From Nanopusillaceae archaeon (GTDB lineage Archaea; Nanobdellota; Nanobdellia; Nanobdellales; Nanobdellaceae): DNA of 7,145 bases. The translations under genes were made by a program, and so were the position numbers. How positions within the stretch are numbered: the stretch's first letter is position 1; each line of letters begins with the position of its first letter. The stretch spans positions 1-7,145 of the forward strand of contig JAWBIX010000018.1 in the NCBI GenBank assembly GCA_038833255.1, read 5' to 3'. The notes under the pieces are model-generated. The model was not told the DNA's origin and did no database searches. It worked only from the letters and a program-made list of their open reading frames with translations. Shown piece by piece: positions 5,633-7,145 of the stretch.

Positions 5633-7145
5633 TTACTTTATTTTACTAAGTAAAGCCTCTTTATCCGTATAATACAATTTAAATATTTCAGATATTCTAT
5701 CAAAATCTCTTATATTTTTCTTTACTAAAAATTTAATAACTTTTTCTTTTTCTTTAATATCTTCTAACATAGTTTTTTCTTTTAATCCACTTTTATCTTT
5801 TAATTTGTATTGTAATAAGCTTCCCTCTATTGTGGTATAAAAATCATCGGTAAAAGGATCCCATTTACAGATAACAAAACTATTAATTTCTTTGTTTTTT
5901 TCCGGTTTTCCTATTTCTACAATTTCTCTTATTCTTCTAGCAGATGGGGAAATATGAGCAGCTTTTGTAATAAAAACAATTACATCAATAAGGTTAATGT
6001 ATTCTCTAGGTATTTTTATGGGATCTGCCTCTAGTCTTTTTATAAGTGATATTAAACTATCAGCATGTATTGTAGCTAAGGTAGCATGTCCAGATGCCAT
6101 TGCCTGAAACATAACATACGCTTCCTTACCTCTGACTTCACCAACTATTAAATAATTCGGATTTTGTCTCATAGCCTCTTTTAATAAATCATACGTAGAT
6201 ATTTCCCCATAAACAGAATTGCCTATAATTATTCCTCTTCTGCTTAATGTAGGAATCCAATTTTCTTGATATAATTTTAACTCTCTTGTATCTTCAATTG
6301 AAATTATTTTTGATCTTGGTGGTATAAATAAGGATAGAATATTTAATAATGTTGTTTTTCCAGATGATGTTCCTCCAGCGACTAAGATATTAGCATTATT
6401 TTCTATTGTCCACCAAAGATATGCTGCAATTTCTATAGACATAGTATTCAATCTTATTAAATCGGTTATAGTTAATAAACTTTTTCTAAATTTTCTAATT
6501 GTAAAAGTAGGACCTCTGGTTGTAATTTCCTTTGAATATGTAGCATTAACTCTAGATCCATCAGGTAATGTTGCATCTAAAATTGGATCAAAGTAAGATA
6601 TTAATTTTCCAGTTTTTTGAGCAATCTTAAGTATTAAATTATCTAATTCTTCCTTAGAAAACATTATGTTTGTTTTTAATATTCCAAATTTGCTATGATT
6701 TACAAAAACATAGCTATCATAACCATCACATGATATATCTTCTATGAAAATATCATGAAACAAAGGTTCTATTTTTTCTAATCCAATTAAATCTCTCCAT
6801 AAATAATAATATATTTTTAATATTTCTTTTTCATTTAATTTAATCTTATTTCTGTTTAAATAACTAACTAGTTCTTTTAATATAGCTAATTCTTTGTTTA
6901 TGTTCAAAAATTTATCAGGATCAGAATAAAAAGAATCTATTATATTACTTTTGATATTTTTTATCAATTCTTCTTCTTTTTTAGATAGTTCGGGCTCTAA
7001 TACATTGTAAATGATGTCTTCAGATAAAAGATCATAATATATGTGAGCATATGCAAAATTTGGTATTAAAACATAAGTTATATTTATTTTTTCTTTTTCT
7101 TTTGGCAATTCTAAAGAAGGAATTTTTTTCTCAGATTTTATATAA
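5633..7145 (-). CDS. FlaI/TadA/VirB11-like type II/IV secretion-system ATPase (archaeal type IV filament assembly ATPase); the 5' end is probably outside the window
   Basis: Walker A is AGGTSSGKTT (GGTSSGKTT = nt 6350-6376). The Asp box is IISIEDTREL, Walker B is YLIVGEVRG and the His box is SGHATLATIHA. The N-terminal YNVLEPELS and C-terminal helical tail are typical of FlaI-like proteins. The ORF-track start at 7106-7108 is a TTG, and the frame stays open to the window edge (...YIKSEKKIPSLE-LPKEKE...), so the true start is uncertain. Confidence 0.88.
   Translation of the reverse strand, partial: YIKSEKKIPSLELPKEKEKINITYVLIPNFAYAHIYYDLLSEDIIYNVLEPELSKKEEELIKNIKSNIIDSFYSDPDKFLNINKELAILKELVSYLNRNKIKLNEKEILKIYYYLWRDLIGLEKIEPLFHDIFIEDISCDGYDSYVFVNHSKFGILKTNIMFSKEELDNLILKIAQKTGKLISYFDPILDATLPDGSRVNATYSKEITTRGPTFTIRKFRKSLLTITDLIRLNTMSIEIAAYLWWTIENNANILVAGGTSSGKTTLLNILSLFIPPRSKIISIEDTRELKLYQENWIPTLSRRGIIIGNSVYGEISTYDLLKEAMRQNPNYLIVGEVRGKEAYVMFQAMASGHATLATIHADSLISLIKRLEADPIKIPREYINLIDVIVFITKAAHISPSARRIREIVEIGKPEKNKEINSFVICKWDPFTDDFYTTIEGSLLQYKLKDKSGLKEKTMLEDIKEKEKVIKFLVKKNIRDFDRISEIFKLYYTDKEALLSKIK

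Noticed and set aside
7106-7108. TTG at 7106-7108 as the start of the secretion ATPase
   Set aside because: It cannot be excluded. However, the frame remains open to the window edge, TTG is a weak start, and FlaI-like proteins usually have a somewhat longer N-terminus. I treat the gene as possibly 5'-truncated by the window.
1-7145. A scan for CRISPR repeats, tRNA or rRNA genes, IS elements, integrases and known defence-system genes
   Set aside because: No regularly spaced repeats were seen, and no G+C-rich structured stretch long enough for a tRNA or rRNA. All large ORFs are accounted for by housekeeping, surface or pilus functions.

Overview
Strongly A+T-rich, very tightly packed archaeal DNA; about 98% is coding. 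Gene spacings are a 9-nt overlap, a 40-nt divergent spacer, a 3-nt convergent gap and a 2-nt operon junction. Left to right: (1) the 3' part of a surface-protein gene running in from upstream, with beta-sandwich modules, a C-terminal TM anchor and a polybasic tail. (2) An AmmeMemoRadiSam-type radical SAM enzyme. (3) On the minus strand, a PP-loop ATP pyrophosphatase of the MJ0570/PF0828 family, i.e. archaeal diphthine-ammonia ligase (Dph6-like). (4) Head-to-head with it, translation elongation factor aEF-2, the protein that carries diphthamide. (5) Convergent on EF-2, a two-gene type IV filament core on the minus strand: a FlaI/TadA/VirB11-like secretion ATPase (5' end probably beyond the window) followed by an unusually short FlaJ/TadC-like platform protein with one T2SS-F domain. 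I saw no rRNA, tRNA, CRISPR array, transposase or integrase, and no recognisable defence genes. The points most worth a second look are listed here. First, EF-2 has non-canonical residues at near-invariant P-loop and switch-I positions while keeping the diphthamide site. Second, the modifying enzyme and its substrate sit 40 bp apart. Third, the pilus/archaellum-like module is half-size. Fourth, the 100-nt spacer at 676-775 has a minus-strand motif layout like an archaeal C/D-box sRNA. The lineage guess (small-genome or thermophilic archaeon, Nanoarchaeota/DPANN-like or methanococcal-like) is inference only. I do not see a clear multi-gene novel system; the findings are individual oddities.
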